Part shown: positions 1-9,632 of the stretch, piece by piece | How positions within the stretch are numbered: the stretch's first letter is position 1 | How the letters are laid out: each line of letters opens with the position of its first letter | Sequence record: SRR2962707_1393 | Length of the DNA: 64,000 nucleotides | Direction: 5' to 3' (one strand) | Translations under genes and position numbers: made by a program | Notes under the pieces: model-generated | The model's input: the letters and a program-made list of their open reading frames with translations, nothing else | What the model was told of the DNA's origin: nothing | Databases searched by the model: none

Positions 1-569
1 ATTTCCTCTATTCTGCCAATGAAACCATTCGCGCCCAAGAGATTGCCACGCAGGCACCCCTATTGCAGTTTTTCGGCAACAAATTCTCCGTTGGCGGTGC
101 TGTCTTCACCTATGGCGTGATCTTTATGGTGCTCTTAGTTGTTTTCATGGCCTATGTGCTTAAACAAACCGCTTGGGGCCGCCATGTCTATGCGGTTGGT
201 GATGATCCAGAAGCGGCAGAACTAGCCGGCGTTCAAGTGAAGCGCACCCTGATCTCTGTCTATATGCTCTCTGGCCTCATTTGCGCCTTTGCTGGCTGGG
301 CCTTGATTGGCCGTATCGGCTCTGTTTCGCCGACATCGGGCCAACTTGGCAATATTGAATCAATTACTGCTGTTGTGATCGGGGGCATATCGTTGTTCGG
401 CGGACGTGGCTCGATCATGGGCATGATGTTTGGTGCGCTCATTGTCGGCGTGTTCTCGCTTGGGCTGCGATTGCTCGGCGCAGATGCGCAATGGACTTAT
501 CTGCTTATTGGCGTGCTTATCATTGCTGCCGTTAGCGTGGATCAGTGGATCAGAAAGGTGTCAGTCTAA
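1..569 (+). CDS. frcC: Sugar (fructose) ABC transporter permease, 5'-truncated by window edge
   Basis: Frame open from position 3 (FLYSANETIRAQEI...); RbsC-type motifs GRHVYAVGDDPEAAELAG and ITAVVIGGISLFGGRG; followed by ATPase and kinase as in frcBCAK. Confidence 0.85.
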   Translation, partial: FLYSANETIRAQEIATQAPLLQFFGNKFSVGGAVFTYGVIFMVLLVVFMAYVLKQTAWGRHVYAVGDDPEAAELAGVQVKRTLISVYMLSGLICAFAGWALIGRIGSVSPTSGQLGNIESITAVVIGGISLFGGRGSIMGMMFGALIVGVFSLGLRLLGADAQWTYLLIGVLIIAAVSVDQWIRKVSV

Positions 570-1345
570 TGGAACCCATTCTTAAAGGACGCAATCTCGT
601 CAAACGCTATGGCCGCGTTACCGCGCTCGATAATTGCGATTTCGACCTTCACCACGGTGAAATACTTGCTGTCATTGGTGACAATGGCGCTGGCAAATCA
701 ACATTGATCAAAGCAATATCAGGCGCGGTGACGCCTGATGCCGGCAAGATTTGGCTAGATGGCAAGGAAATTCGATTTAACTCGCCACTGGACGGTCGCA
801 AAGCTGGCATTGAAACCGTCTACCAGACGCTTGCTATGTCACCTGCCCTATCGATCACAGACAATCTGTTCATGGGCCGTGAGCTTCGCAAACCTGGCTT
901 TCTCGGCTCAGTTATGCGCCAGCTTGACCACAAGGCAATGGATAGCTTCGCACGCGAAAAGCTCAATGAGCTAGGCTTGATGACGATCCAGAATATCAAT
1001 CAGGCGGTTGAGACACTTTCAGGTGGCCAACGTCAGGGCGTGGCCGTGGCGCGCGCTGCAGCCTTCGGCTCTAAGGTTATCATTTTGGATGAACCGACAG
1101 CGGCACTTGGCGTTAAAGAAAGCCGCCGTGTATTGGAACTTATTCAAGATGTGCGCTCGCGCGGCATTCCGATTATTTTGATCTCGCACAACATGCCGCA
1201 TGTGTTTGAAGTTGCCGATCGCATTCATATTCACCGGCTGGGCAAACGCCTTTGTGTTATCAATCCTAAGGACTATACTATGTCTGATGCTGTGGCCTTT
1301 ATGACCGGTGCGATAGAGCCACCGCAAGAAGCAGTTGCGGCCTGA
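569..1345 (+). CDS. frcA: Sugar ABC transporter ATP-binding protein
   Basis: Walker A GDNGAGKST, signature LSGGQRQ, Walker B IILDE; ATG at 569 overlaps upstream TAA (TAATG). Confidence 0.88.
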   Translation: MEPILKGRNLVKRYGRVTALDNCDFDLHHGEILAVIGDNGAGKSTLIKAISGAVTPDAGKIWLDGKEIRFNSPLDGRKAGIETVYQTLAMSPALSITDNLFMGRELRKPGFLGSVMRQLDHKAMDSFAREKLNELGLMTIQNINQAVETLSGGQRQGVAVARAAAFGSKVIILDEPTAALGVKESRRVLELIQDVRSRGIPIILISHNMPHVFEVADRIHIHRLGKRLCVINPKDYTMSDAVAFMTGAIEPPQEAVAA

Positions 1346-1353
1346 ACATTGCG

Positions 1354-1992
1354 ATGACAACGGTAGGTACTGCGTCGCAACTTGCTGACGTCCTGATTGA
1401 TAGGTTTGATAATGGTGGGCGCTGTATCGTAGCGCTCGCAGGTCCGCCAGGCGTTGGTAAATCCACGTTCTCAGAAGCCTTACTTGCCCAATTGCGGGCG
1501 CGTGGCCATAGCGCTGCAATCGTACCGATGGACGGGTTCCATTTAGACAATTCAGTACTGGATGCCCGCGGTACCTTGGAGCGCAAAGGCGCACCTTTCA
1601 CCTTTGATGCTGATGGTTATGCGGCATTGTTGAAACGGCTTCGCACTGAGCCTGATAATGCCATTGCGGTTCCCGTGTTCGATCGAGAACTCGATTTAGC
1701 GCGTGCTGGCGGGCGTATGATCTCACATCAAGATCAATTTTTGATCGCAGAAGGCAATTATCTGCTTCTGGATGAAGCGCCTTGGCGCGATATGGCTGAT
1801 CTGTTTGATTTTACTGTCATGCTGACTGCTGATTTTGGCGCGCTGCGCGAACGGCTTATTGATCGTTGGCTTGCCCATGGCCTTAATGAAGAAGACGCCA
1901 CAACACGCGCAATGTCGAACGACATCCCCAACGCCGCGCGGGTCGTCAAAAACTCTCGCCCCGCAGACGTGATAATTGCCACGGACCAATAG
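1354..1992 (+). CDS. frcK: P-loop kinase (FrcK / uridine-pantothenate kinase-like)
   Basis: GPPGVGKST, VPMDGFH, RKGAPFTFD, EGNYLLLD motifs; position after frcA. Confidence 0.75.
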   Translation: MTTVGTASQLADVLIDRFDNGGRCIVALAGPPGVGKSTFSEALLAQLRARGHSAAIVPMDGFHLDNSVLDARGTLERKGAPFTFDADGYAALLKRLRTEPDNAIAVPVFDRELDLARAGGRMISHQDQFLIAEGNYLLLDEAPWRDMADLFDFTVMLTADFGALRERLIDRWLAHGLNEEDATTRAMSNDIPNAARVVKNSRPADVIIATDQ

Positions 1993-2014
1993 CCCCTTCC
2001 CCTCGCCCTAAAGC

Positions 2015-2046
2015 AAAACCCCGGCTCTTTCGAACCGGGGTTTAAT
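2015..2046. terminator. Bidirectional intrinsic terminator between frcK and GS III
   Basis: AAACCCCGG (2016-2024) / CCGGGGTTT (2035-2043) inverted repeat between convergent genes. Confidence 0.75.
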
Positions 2047-2066
2047 TTAGTCACGCCCTCAACCGA

Positions 2067-4247
2067 TTAACGGATGAAAAGCATTTCTTGATATGTAGGC
2101 AATGGCCATAGATCATCAGCGACCTCGGCTTCCAACGCATCCACGTAACCGCGAATTTCGAGCATTTTAGGAAGCACTTTGTCTTTGATCATGACGCAGT
2201 GATCGATAACATCGCCCGCATCGTGTTCTTTTTCTTTGAGGGCCTCAAGCTGAACAACTGAATCTTGCAATTTTTTGATCAAGCTTGTGATTTTTGTAAT
2301 CGTGTTGTGGTCTGTATCAATGCCGATTGATTTCATTGCCGCTAAGCTAGAAGCCAACTCGCCCTGATAACGAACCGCAGCTGGGAAGATAATGGTTTTA
2401 GCCATTTCGACGACCAGATTTGATTCAACATTGACCGCAGCAATATATTGCTCAGCATAAACCTCATAGCGAGATTCAAGCTCACGTTCATTAAGAACGC
2501 CGTATTTGCCAAACAAATCAACATAGGTTTGCTCTTTTAGAACGCCCAAAGCATCCGCTGTCGTGACAAGGTTTGGAAGGCCGCGCTTTGCAGCCTCTTT
2601 TTGCCAGTCATCAGAATATCCATCGCCATTAAAGACAACAGTTGAGCATTCGTCCCATACTTTTTTGACATAACCGGCAACAGCAGCACCCAATTTTTCA
2701 GGTGTGCTTGTGTCAGATGCTTCAAGCATGGTTGCTGCTTCATCAAGTGCTTCAGCCATGATTGTGTTCATTGCGATCATTGGACCAGCGATAGACTGGT
2801 TTGAACCAACAGCGCGGAACTCAAAGCGGTTGCCTGTGAATGCCATCGGGCTTGTGCGGTTACGGTCGCCGCTGTCTTTTGGAATAGTCGGCAACACATC
2901 AACGCCAAGGTTAAGCGGCATTTTCTTCGAGGTGACTGGTGTGCCTTTAACGATTGATTCCATCACTTCATTCAATTCTGTGCCAAGGAACACAGACAGA
3001 ATAGCAGGCGGCGCTTCGTTGGCACCAAGGCGGTGATCGTTTGAAGCAGAAGCAACGACTGAGCGTAGCAATTTTGCATGTTTGTAAACGGCAGAAATCA
3101 TAGCCGCACAGAACACGATAAACTGTGTGTTTTCAGATGGTGTGTCACCTGGATCAAAAAGGTTGCCTGCTTTTGCAGAACCCATTGAGAAGTTGACGTG
3201 TTTACCAGAGCCGTTGACGCCAGCAAATGGTTTTTCATGTAGCACTGCTGTCATGCCATATTTGGTTGCCACTTTTTTCAAAGTCGTCATCACCAATTGC
3301 TGATGGTCAGTGGCCACGTTTGCCATTTCAAAAACAGGTGCTAGCTCGAACTGGCCAGGAGCCACTTCGTTGTGGCGTGTTTTTGCAGGAATGCCGAGTT
3401 TGAAACATTCGCGCTCAACTTCAAACATGAACGCTTGCACGCGCTCAGGAATCGCACCGAAATAGTGGTCATCAAATTCCTGGCCCTTTGGCGGCGCAGC
3501 GCCAAACAATGTGCGGCCGCAAGAAAGAAGGTCTGGACGTGCATTGTAGAAATGATTGTCGACCAAGAAATATTCTTGCTCAGCGCCTGCTGTTGCAGAA
3601 ACAAATGGGCCGTCATTGCCAAAGAATTTCAAAACGCGTTGTGTGTGCTCGTTAAGCGCCTGCATAGAGCGCAAAACAGGTGTTTTCTTATCAAGGGCTT
3701 CGCCTGTCCAAGAAACGAACGCTGTTGGAATACAAAGCGTTGTTCCGTTTGGATTTTCGATGATGTATGCTGGGCTTGTTACATCCCAAATCGTGTAGCC
3801 ACGCGCTTCAAATGTTTGGCGAATGCCACCATTTGGAAACGATGAACCGTCTGGCTCGCCTTGGATCAATGCTTTACCAGCAAATGATGCCATTGTGCCG
3901 CCATTGCCATCTGGATCGAAGAATGAATCGTGCTTTTCAGCCGTCAAACCTGTCAATGGGTAGAACACGTGAGCGTAGTGCGTTACGCCCTTTGAAATTG
4001 CCCATGTTTTCATCGCTTCAGCAACAGCATCAGCTGTTGTGATATCGAGCGGCTCACCTGATGTGATCGTTTTCTTGAGTGATTTGAAGATCGCCTTTGG
4101 AAGGCGCTGCTCCATTTCGTTCAAGTTAAATACATTTTCACCCCAAACGCTGCTGGTCGGGCTCTTCACAAAGTCGAAACCAGATTCAACAGTCGGTGAT
4201 GATGTAATCGCTGAGATTGCGTTTAAACGTACGGAGTTTCCGCTCAT
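2067..4247 (-). CDS. glnN: Glutamine synthetase type III
   Basis: ~726 aa; [78 protein letters not shown]-terminal [14 protein letters not shown] at 4247 preferred over GTG at 4253. Confidence 0.93.
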   Translation of the reverse strand: MSGNSVRLNAISAITSSPTVESGFDFVKSPTSSVWGENVFNLNEMEQRLPKAIFKSLKKTITSGEPLDITTADAVAEAMKTWAISKGVTHYAHVFYPLTGLTAEKHDSFFDPDGNGGTMASFAGKALIQGEPDGSSFPNGGIRQTFEARGYTIWDVTSPAYIIENPNGTTLCIPTAFVSWTGEALDKKTPVLRSMQALNEHTQRVLKFFGNDGPFVSATAGAEQEYFLVDNHFYNARPDLLSCGRTLFGAAPPKGQEFDDHYFGAIPERVQAFMFEVERECFKLGIPAKTRHNEVAPGQFELAPVFEMANVATDHQQLVMTTLKKVATKYGMTAVLHEKPFAGVNGSGKHVNFSMGSAKAGNLFDPGDTPSENTQFIVFCAAMISAVYKHAKLLRSVVASASNDHRLGANEAPPAILSVFLGTELNEVMESIVKGTPVTSKKMPLNLGVDVLPTIPKDSGDRNRTSPMAFTGNRFEFRAVGSNQSIAGPMIAMNTIMAEALDEAATMLEASDTSTPEKLGAAVAGYVKKVWDECSTVVFNGDGYSDDWQKEAAKRGLPNLVTTADALGVLKEQTYVDLFGKYGVLNERELESRYEVYAEQYIAAVNVESNLVVEMAKTIIFPAAVRYQGELASSLAAMKSIGIDTDHNTITKITSLIKKLQDSVVQLEALKEKEHDAGDVIDHCVMIKDKVLPKMLEIRGYVDALEAEVADDLWPLPTYQEMLFIR

Positions 4248-4304
4248 ATTCACTACTTCCTTTTTCCCTCACAAGCACGCGCGCTTGTTGTATGGCCAAT
4301 CAGA

Positions 4305-4320
4305 AGCAAGTTTCAGGCCA
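4305..4320 (-). promoter_or_regulatory. Sigma54 (RpoN) -24/-12 promoter of GS III
   Basis: Minus strand TGGCCTGAAACTTGCT matches TGGCAC-N5-TTGCW with correct spacing, ~58 nt upstream of the start codon. Confidence 0.7.
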
Positions 4321-4408
4321 ACTGCGCAAAACACACAAATTCTGGTGATTTTGCGCATGTCAGATAGGCGAATTACGACAGCTCTGTATAAAATTTAATC
4401 ACAGTGAG

Positions 4409-4438
4409 AAAAAGTTAGCCACCCGCCGGACGGCTAAC
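4409..4438 (-). terminator. Intrinsic terminator after epimerase gene
   Basis: Minus strand GTTAGCC-GTCCGGCGGGT-GGCTAAC followed by TTTTT. Confidence 0.7.
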
Positions 4439-4454
4439 CGAAACAAGGCTCATT

Positions 4455-5342
4455 TTAGCATTTTAAATAGTCACGCCAATCATGGGCTGGCTTGAAACCC
4501 ACCATGCGTTTTGCCTTAGCGTTGGAATAAAAGGTTTCAGTCTCGCCCATTTCGGCAACCGGAACGCCTTCATAATATTGTGCGATTAGGTCTGATGTTG
4601 TTTCGCCCACAGAGTGGTTATCATTGGAGACATTGAAAATCTCAAAGCCAAGACCATCGGTCTTAAGGCACTTATCTACCATTTGGCCCAAATCGCGCGC
4701 ATCAATGTAGGCAAAGATATTGCGCAAACGCAGTTTTGGATTTTCCATATAAGCAGGGAAGTTCTGCTCATATTCATGCGGCTCGATCACATTGTTGATA
4801 CGCAGGCCATAGATGTCGATGCCCGAGCGGCGCTGAAAGCTGCGCGCAGTTGCCTCGTTACAAACTTTTGACATAGCGTAGCTGTCTTCTGGTATTACCG
4901 GATGCTCTTCATCAATCGGCAGATATTCAGGCTTGCGTTCACCATCAGCAAAGCAAACGCCATAAGTCGTTTCAGAGGACGCAAAGATGACTTTTTTGAT
5001 GCCGAATTTTACAGCAGCATCAATCATATTGTAGGTGCCGATTGTGTTGACGCGGTAGCATTCGCTATCAGCGGTCAGCAATAAACGCGGCACGGCGGCA
5101 AAATGCACGACCGCATCAAATTTTGGCACACCCGTTCCGGCTTCCATTTCATCAAAACCAGCATAGCTTGCCATCACATCAAAAACCTGTCCGGCATTTG
5201 TTATGTCGGCAATGCGGTTATCGACTTTTGGATGGTCAAGCGGTGTGAGATCAAGATTGAGGACACGGTGGCCTTGTTCAATCAAATAGGCCACGGCGTG
5301 ACGGCCAGCTTTGCCAGAACCGCCAGTAAATAAAATACGCAT
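4455..5342 (-). CDS. NAD-dependent epimerase/dehydratase (extended SDR)
   Basis: MRILFTGGSGKAG Rossmann motif, VVHFAA, YAMSK catalytic YxxxK; RBS GGAGG before ATG 5342. Confidence 0.85.
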   Translation of the reverse strand: MRILFTGGSGKAGRHAVAYLIEQGHRVLNLDLTPLDHPKVDNRIADITNAGQVFDVMASYAGFDEMEAGTGVPKFDAVVHFAAVPRLLLTADSECYRVNTIGTYNMIDAAVKFGIKKVIFASSETTYGVCFADGERKPEYLPIDEEHPVIPEDSYAMSKVCNEATARSFQRRSGIDIYGLRINNVIEPHEYEQNFPAYMENPKLRLRNIFAYIDARDLGQMVDKCLKTDGLGFEIFNVSNDNHSVGETTSDLIAQYYEGVPVAEMGETETFYSNAKAKRMVGFKPAHDWRDYLKC

Positions 5343-5410
5343 ATTATCCTCCCAAAGGATCAAATTAATCCATTACAATTGTTTGTTTTTGTAGTGCCCG
5401 CCTTCCCAAA

Positions 5411-7129
5411 TTACATATTTGGATAGACCGGCCCCTCGCCGCCTTGCGGCACAGTCCAGTTGATGTTCTGGTTCGGGTCTTTGATATCACAGGTTTTACA
5501 ATGAACGCAGTTCTGCGCGTTGATCTGAAAGCGTACATCTTCAGACGCTTCATAATCATGCGGCGCAACGATTGTATTGCCTGCACTATCGACCCACTCA
5601 TAAACACCGGCTGGACAGTAGCGCGAAGAAAGACCAGCAAATTCAGCATATTCCGATGATTTTTGAAGATCTTGATTCTGGACCTTCAAGTGAACGGGCT
5701 GGTTCTCTTCATGGTTCGTATTGGACAAAAAGACCGACGAAAGACGATCAAATGTCAACACGCCATCAGGCTTTGGATAGGTGATTGGCTCATGCTGTGA
5801 AGCATGTTCCGTAGAAGCCGCATCGGTTTTGCCGTGCTTTAATGTGCCAAGCGGCGACCAACCACCGGTCAGCTGATTGATCCACATATCGATGCCGCCA
5901 ATGCCAACACCCAGCGCGGTGCCAAAGCGTGACCACAATGGTTTAACATTGCGCACGCGTTTGAGGTCTAGGCCGATTTCACTTTGACGCCATGCGTCTT
6001 CATAAGCGTCCAACGCATTGTCATTTTGCTTGCCTGCGGCCAACGCTTCGACAAGCTTTTCAGCCGCCAAGATGCCCGAAAGAACAGCATTGTGTGAGCC
6101 TTTAATGCGCGGCACATTTACGAAACCCGCTGAACAGCCGATCAATGCGCCGCCCGGGAAACATACTTTCGGGACGGACTGCCATCCGCCTTCGGTGATA
6201 GCGCGCGCGCCATAGGAAATGCGTTTGCCGCCTTCAAAGGTTTTGGCGATAGCGGGATGCGTTTTGAAGCGCTGAAATTCTTGGAATGGGGACAGATAAG
6301 GGTTCTTGTAATTCAAGTGCAGCACGAAGCCGACTGCCACTTGGTTGTCTTCCAAATGATAAAGGAAAGAGCCACCGCCGGTTTTCATATCGAGCGGCCA
6401 CCCAAAGGAGTGCTGCACGAGGCCCGGCTTATGTTTTGATTCATCCACCTGCCATAGCTCTTTGATACCAATACCAAATTTGCCTGGCTCGCTGTCTTTA
6501 TCGAGCTGATATTTGGCAATCAGCTCCTTGGCGAGTGAGCCGCGAACGCCTTCGCTGATGAGAACATATTTGCCGTGCAGCTCCATGCCGCGCGCAAACA
6601 TTGGGCCAGCGGTTCCGTCTTTTTGAACACCCATATCGCCGGTCGCAACGCCTTTAACGGCGCCATTTTCATCATAGATGACTTCGGCAGCAGAGAACCC
6701 TGGATAGATTTCAACGCCAAGCGCTTCAGCCCGCGCAGCCAGCCAGCGGGCCACATTGCCCAAAGAAACAATGAAATTTCCATGATTGCTCATCAAAGGC
6801 GGCATCGCGAAATTAGGTAATTTGATGGAGCTAGTCTTGTTCAAGAACAGAAACTGATCATCGCTCACAGCTGTTTTCATCGGGTGATCGGGATCATCGC
6901 GCCAATCGGGAATAAGTTTATCCAAACCGATAGGATCAACTACGGCGCCAGACAAAATATGCGCACCAACTTCGGCGCCTTTTTCAAGCACAACGACGGA
7001 AAGATCGGCGTTCAGCTGCTTGAGTTTAATCGCGGCAGCAAGACCGGCCGGCCCAGCACCAACGATGACCACATCGAATTCCATGCTCTCGCGAGGTTCG
7101 TTCATTGGGTTTTCTGCTGCGTCGCTCAT
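5411..7129 (-). CDS. Electron transfer flavoprotein-ubiquinone oxidoreductase
   Basis: GAGPAG FAD motif, EKGAEVGAHILSGAV, C-terminal CPAGVYE...NCVHCKTCDIKDP 4Fe-4S motif. Confidence 0.93.
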   Translation of the reverse strand: MSDAAENPMNEPRESMEFDVVIVGAGPAGLAAAIKLKQLNADLSVVVLEKGAEVGAHILSGAVVDPIGLDKLIPDWRDDPDHPMKTAVSDDQFLFLNKTSSIKLPNFAMPPLMSNHGNFIVSLGNVARWLAARAEALGVEIYPGFSAAEVIYDENGAVKGVATGDMGVQKDGTAGPMFARGMELHGKYVLISEGVRGSLAKELIAKYQLDKDSEPGKFGIGIKELWQVDESKHKPGLVQHSFGWPLDMKTGGGSFLYHLEDNQVAVGFVLHLNYKNPYLSPFQEFQRFKTHPAIAKTFEGGKRISYGARAITEGGWQSVPKVCFPGGALIGCSAGFVNVPRIKGSHNAVLSGILAAEKLVEALAAGKQNDNALDAYEDAWRQSEIGLDLKRVRNVKPLWSRFGTALGVGIGGIDMWINQLTGGWSPLGTLKHGKTDAASTEHASQHEPITYPKPDGVLTFDRLSSVFLSNTNHEENQPVHLKVQNQDLQKSSEYAEFAGLSSRYCPAGVYEWVDSAGNTIVAPHDYEASEDVRFQINAQNCVHCKTCDIKDPNQNINWTVPQGGEGPVYPNM

Positions 7130-7353
7130 TTCTCTCTCCACTTTAGGTGCTGCCTGTTATGGCATATAGGATATAATCTATAGGCTTTCAGCCCCAAGCC
7201 TTTACTTGCCTCATAGCGCAATGTGCCACAATGGGGGAATTGTCACATCCCCGATTAATGCGAATGCGCAGACGCTTTTGCAAGGCTGATTTTTTAGATT
7301 CTGATTTTACATGCCTCTTGCGCGACACCCATTGGACATGAGACATAGATTAT

Positions 7354-8265
7354 ATGAGTGATGCACCTGACATAGCTGACGAAATGAGCCATGAGGCAAT
7401 CCATGCCCTGCTCCGCTTTTATCAGGAAAGCGGGCTAGATTTTCCTATCATGGATGAGCCCATAAATCGCTTTGAGGTCACAGAAGAACCGGCCGTTGAA
7501 GCGGTGAAATCCGTGCCTGTTGCAAAGCAGCAAGCGCCGCACCCCAACGCCAATAAAAACCATGATCATAATGCGACAGCGGTCATCGAGATGGATCCGC
7601 GCATCCGTCTTGCCGAAGAACCGCGCCCGATTGTCAATAATGTCCCTGCGACCATGCCCACCGAGGAAGTGGTGAAAAAAGCATTCGCACTGGCTCAACA
7701 GGCTCAAGATTTAGACGCACTGCGCACAGTGGTTGAGAATTTTGAAGAGTGTAATTTAAAGCGCTCAGCGCGTTCTACGGTATTTGAGGGTGGCAAACGC
7801 GGCGCACCGCTTATGATCATTGGCGGCTGTCCTTCGCGCGACGATGATGTTTCAGGCTCTGCCTATTCAGGCGCTGACGGATTGCTGCTGGAAAAAATGC
7901 TGCAGGCCATTGGCCTATCGCGGCACGATGATGCCTATTACGGATTTTGCGTGCCGTGGAGCCCGCCTGGTGGCTCAGCGCCCACACCGCTTCACCTTGA
8001 TATATGCGCGCCGTTCATCGCGCGCCAAATTGAACTTGCGCAGCCCAAATTTGTCGTCGTTATGGGCAATATCGCGGCGCGGCAGGTTTTTCAGACCCGC
8101 CAAACTATTAATCAGGTGCGCGGCCAGTGGACCACGTTGCCTAATTTTGGCGTTGAAGCGGTTGCCATTAATGATCCTGCGATGTTGCGCCGCGAACCGC
8201 GCATGAAGCGCCATGCTTGGCTTGATCTGTTGGCGATAAAGTCAAAGCTGAATGGCGCTGGCTAA
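7354..8265 (+). CDS. Uracil-DNA glycosylase family 4-like protein with degenerate catalytic motifs
   Basis: FEECNLK, LLEKMLQAIGL, PWSPPG, CAPFIARQIELAQPK, AWLDLL segments typical of rhizobial family-4 UDG; divergent from ETF-QO. Confidence 0.75.
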   Translation: MSDAPDIADEMSHEAIHALLRFYQESGLDFPIMDEPINRFEVTEEPAVEAVKSVPVAKQQAPHPNANKNHDHNATAVIEMDPRIRLAEEPRPIVNNVPATMPTEEVVKKAFALAQQAQDLDALRTVVENFEECNLKRSARSTVFEGGKRGAPLMIIGGCPSRDDDVSGSAYSGADGLLLEKMLQAIGLSRHDDAYYGFCVPWSPPGGSAPTPLHLDICAPFIARQIELAQPKFVVVMGNIAARQVFQTRQTINQVRGQWTTLPNFGVEAVAINDPAMLRREPRMKRHAWLDLLAIKSKLNGAG

Positions 8266-8373
8266 TTTGCGACAATAAAAATGTCGCGAAGTCGCAATTT
8301 TTTAAGTGCAGTGTCGTCAAATCGCAGATAGACGGCGGTATCAATTCCAATCCGCATCTATTAGGCTCGTCTA

Positions 8374-9624
8374 ATGCTATACCAAATTCGTTCGACCGCT
8401 GGCCTTCTGCTTTCTAGCTTTTTCTTGCTGATTGGTTCTGGCCTGACGGGCATCTTATTGCCGCTGCGCGCGGGTCTTGAAGGCTGGTCATCTTTGACGA
8501 TTGGTCTGATGGGCTCGTTTTATGCCGCGTGCTTTTTGGCGGGCTGCATTTTGATCCCACATATGGTGCGCCGCATTGGCCATATTCGCGTTTTTGCGGC
8601 TGTGGCGACGCTTCTGGCTATTTCGCTGATGGGACATTCGATCCTCGTTAATCTGCCAGCTTGGTTTCTATTTCGCGGTATTGCCGGTTTTGCGCTCGCT
8701 GGTTCCTACATGGTTGTTGAAAGCTGGCTGAATGAGCAGGCGACGAACGAAACCCGTGGCCTGCTTTTCTCAGCCTATATGGTGATCAACGCGACTGGCC
8801 TTATTGTGGGTCAGGCGCTGCTGGTTATTGCCGACCCTGCCCTGACAACGCTGTTTATCGTTGCGGCGATATTTTATGCGGCAGCCGTTATTCCAACCGC
8901 GATTTCAAATGCCGTGTCACCGCAGCCGCCAAACCATGTGTCGTTTAATCTGAAAAAACTATACCAGACATCGCCTGTCGCAGTCATTGGCGCTCTGGTG
9001 AGCGGCATCACCTTTGGCGCATGGAACTTCCAAGCGCCTGTCTATGGCTCGCTTGCGGGGCTTACGGACGGGCAAATCGCGACAATGCTTATCGTTGCGA
9101 TGATCGGCGGCATCGTGATGCAGTTTCCGCTCGGTCGTGCTTCTGACAAGGTGGACCGCCGCATTATTATGCTGTTTGCGGTTGCCATTGGCCTCATTGC
9201 GTCGCTGATATTTGTGTTCTTTGAGCCGACATCGCTCGTTATTTTGTTTACGCTGATGTTCTTTTTCGGCGGTGTGTTGATGCCGCTATATTCTCTTATT
9301 GTTGCTCATGCCAATGACCGTGCTGATCCAGGTGCCTTTGTTGAAACATCGTCAACGCTGCTTGTTGTTTACGGCGTTGGTTCTATGGTGGGACCGACAC
9401 TTGCCGGCTTCATGATCGAAGCCTTTGGCCGCGGTGGCTTCTTCATAACGATCATCATATCATTTACGGTTTTTGCTAGCTTTACGATCTTGCGCATTAG
9501 CAAGGCAACAGCGCTACCGACTGATGATGACCGCGTTGATTTCTCCTATGGTCCTGTTGGCCGCACGCAAACACCAGAGGTTTTCCAGCTAGACCCGCGT
9601 TCCGAAGAAGAAACCCAAGACTAG
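8374..9624 (+). CDS. MFS transporter (YcaD-like)
   Basis: ~12 hydrophobic helices; RRIGHIRVF, VVESWLNE, GRASDKVDRR, AHANDRA motifs. Confidence 0.85.
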   Translation: MLYQIRSTAGLLLSSFFLLIGSGLTGILLPLRAGLEGWSSLTIGLMGSFYAACFLAGCILIPHMVRRIGHIRVFAAVATLLAISLMGHSILVNLPAWFLFRGIAGFALAGSYMVVESWLNEQATNETRGLLFSAYMVINATGLIVGQALLVIADPALTTLFIVAAIFYAAAVIPTAISNAVSPQPPNHVSFNLKKLYQTSPVAVIGALVSGITFGAWNFQAPVYGSLAGLTDGQIATMLIVAMIGGIVMQFPLGRASDKVDRRIIMLFAVAIGLIASLIFVFFEPTSLVILFTLMFFFGGVLMPLYSLIVAHANDRADPGAFVETSSTLLVVYGVGSMVGPTLAGFMIEAFGRGGFFITIIISFTVFASFTILRISKATALPTDDDRVDFSYGPVGRTQTPEVFQLDPRSEEETQD

Positions 9625-9632
9625 GCTTTGGT

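Noticed and set aside
1019-1594. 191-aa minus-strand ORF and the many other short overlapping or antisense ORFs in the track
   Set aside because: They overlap well-supported genes, lack recognisable motifs, and are expected shadow ORFs.
4248-4300. Glutamine (glnA-motif) riboswitch in the GS III leader
   Set aside because: The predicted leader is only ~47 nt with a single small hairpin (4271-4288); no three-way junction is recognisable.
7165-7182. TATAG-N8-CTATA palindrome between ETF-QO and the UDG-like gene
   Set aside because: Superficially similar to the operator but the arms and spacing differ; a single short instance in AT-rich DNA.
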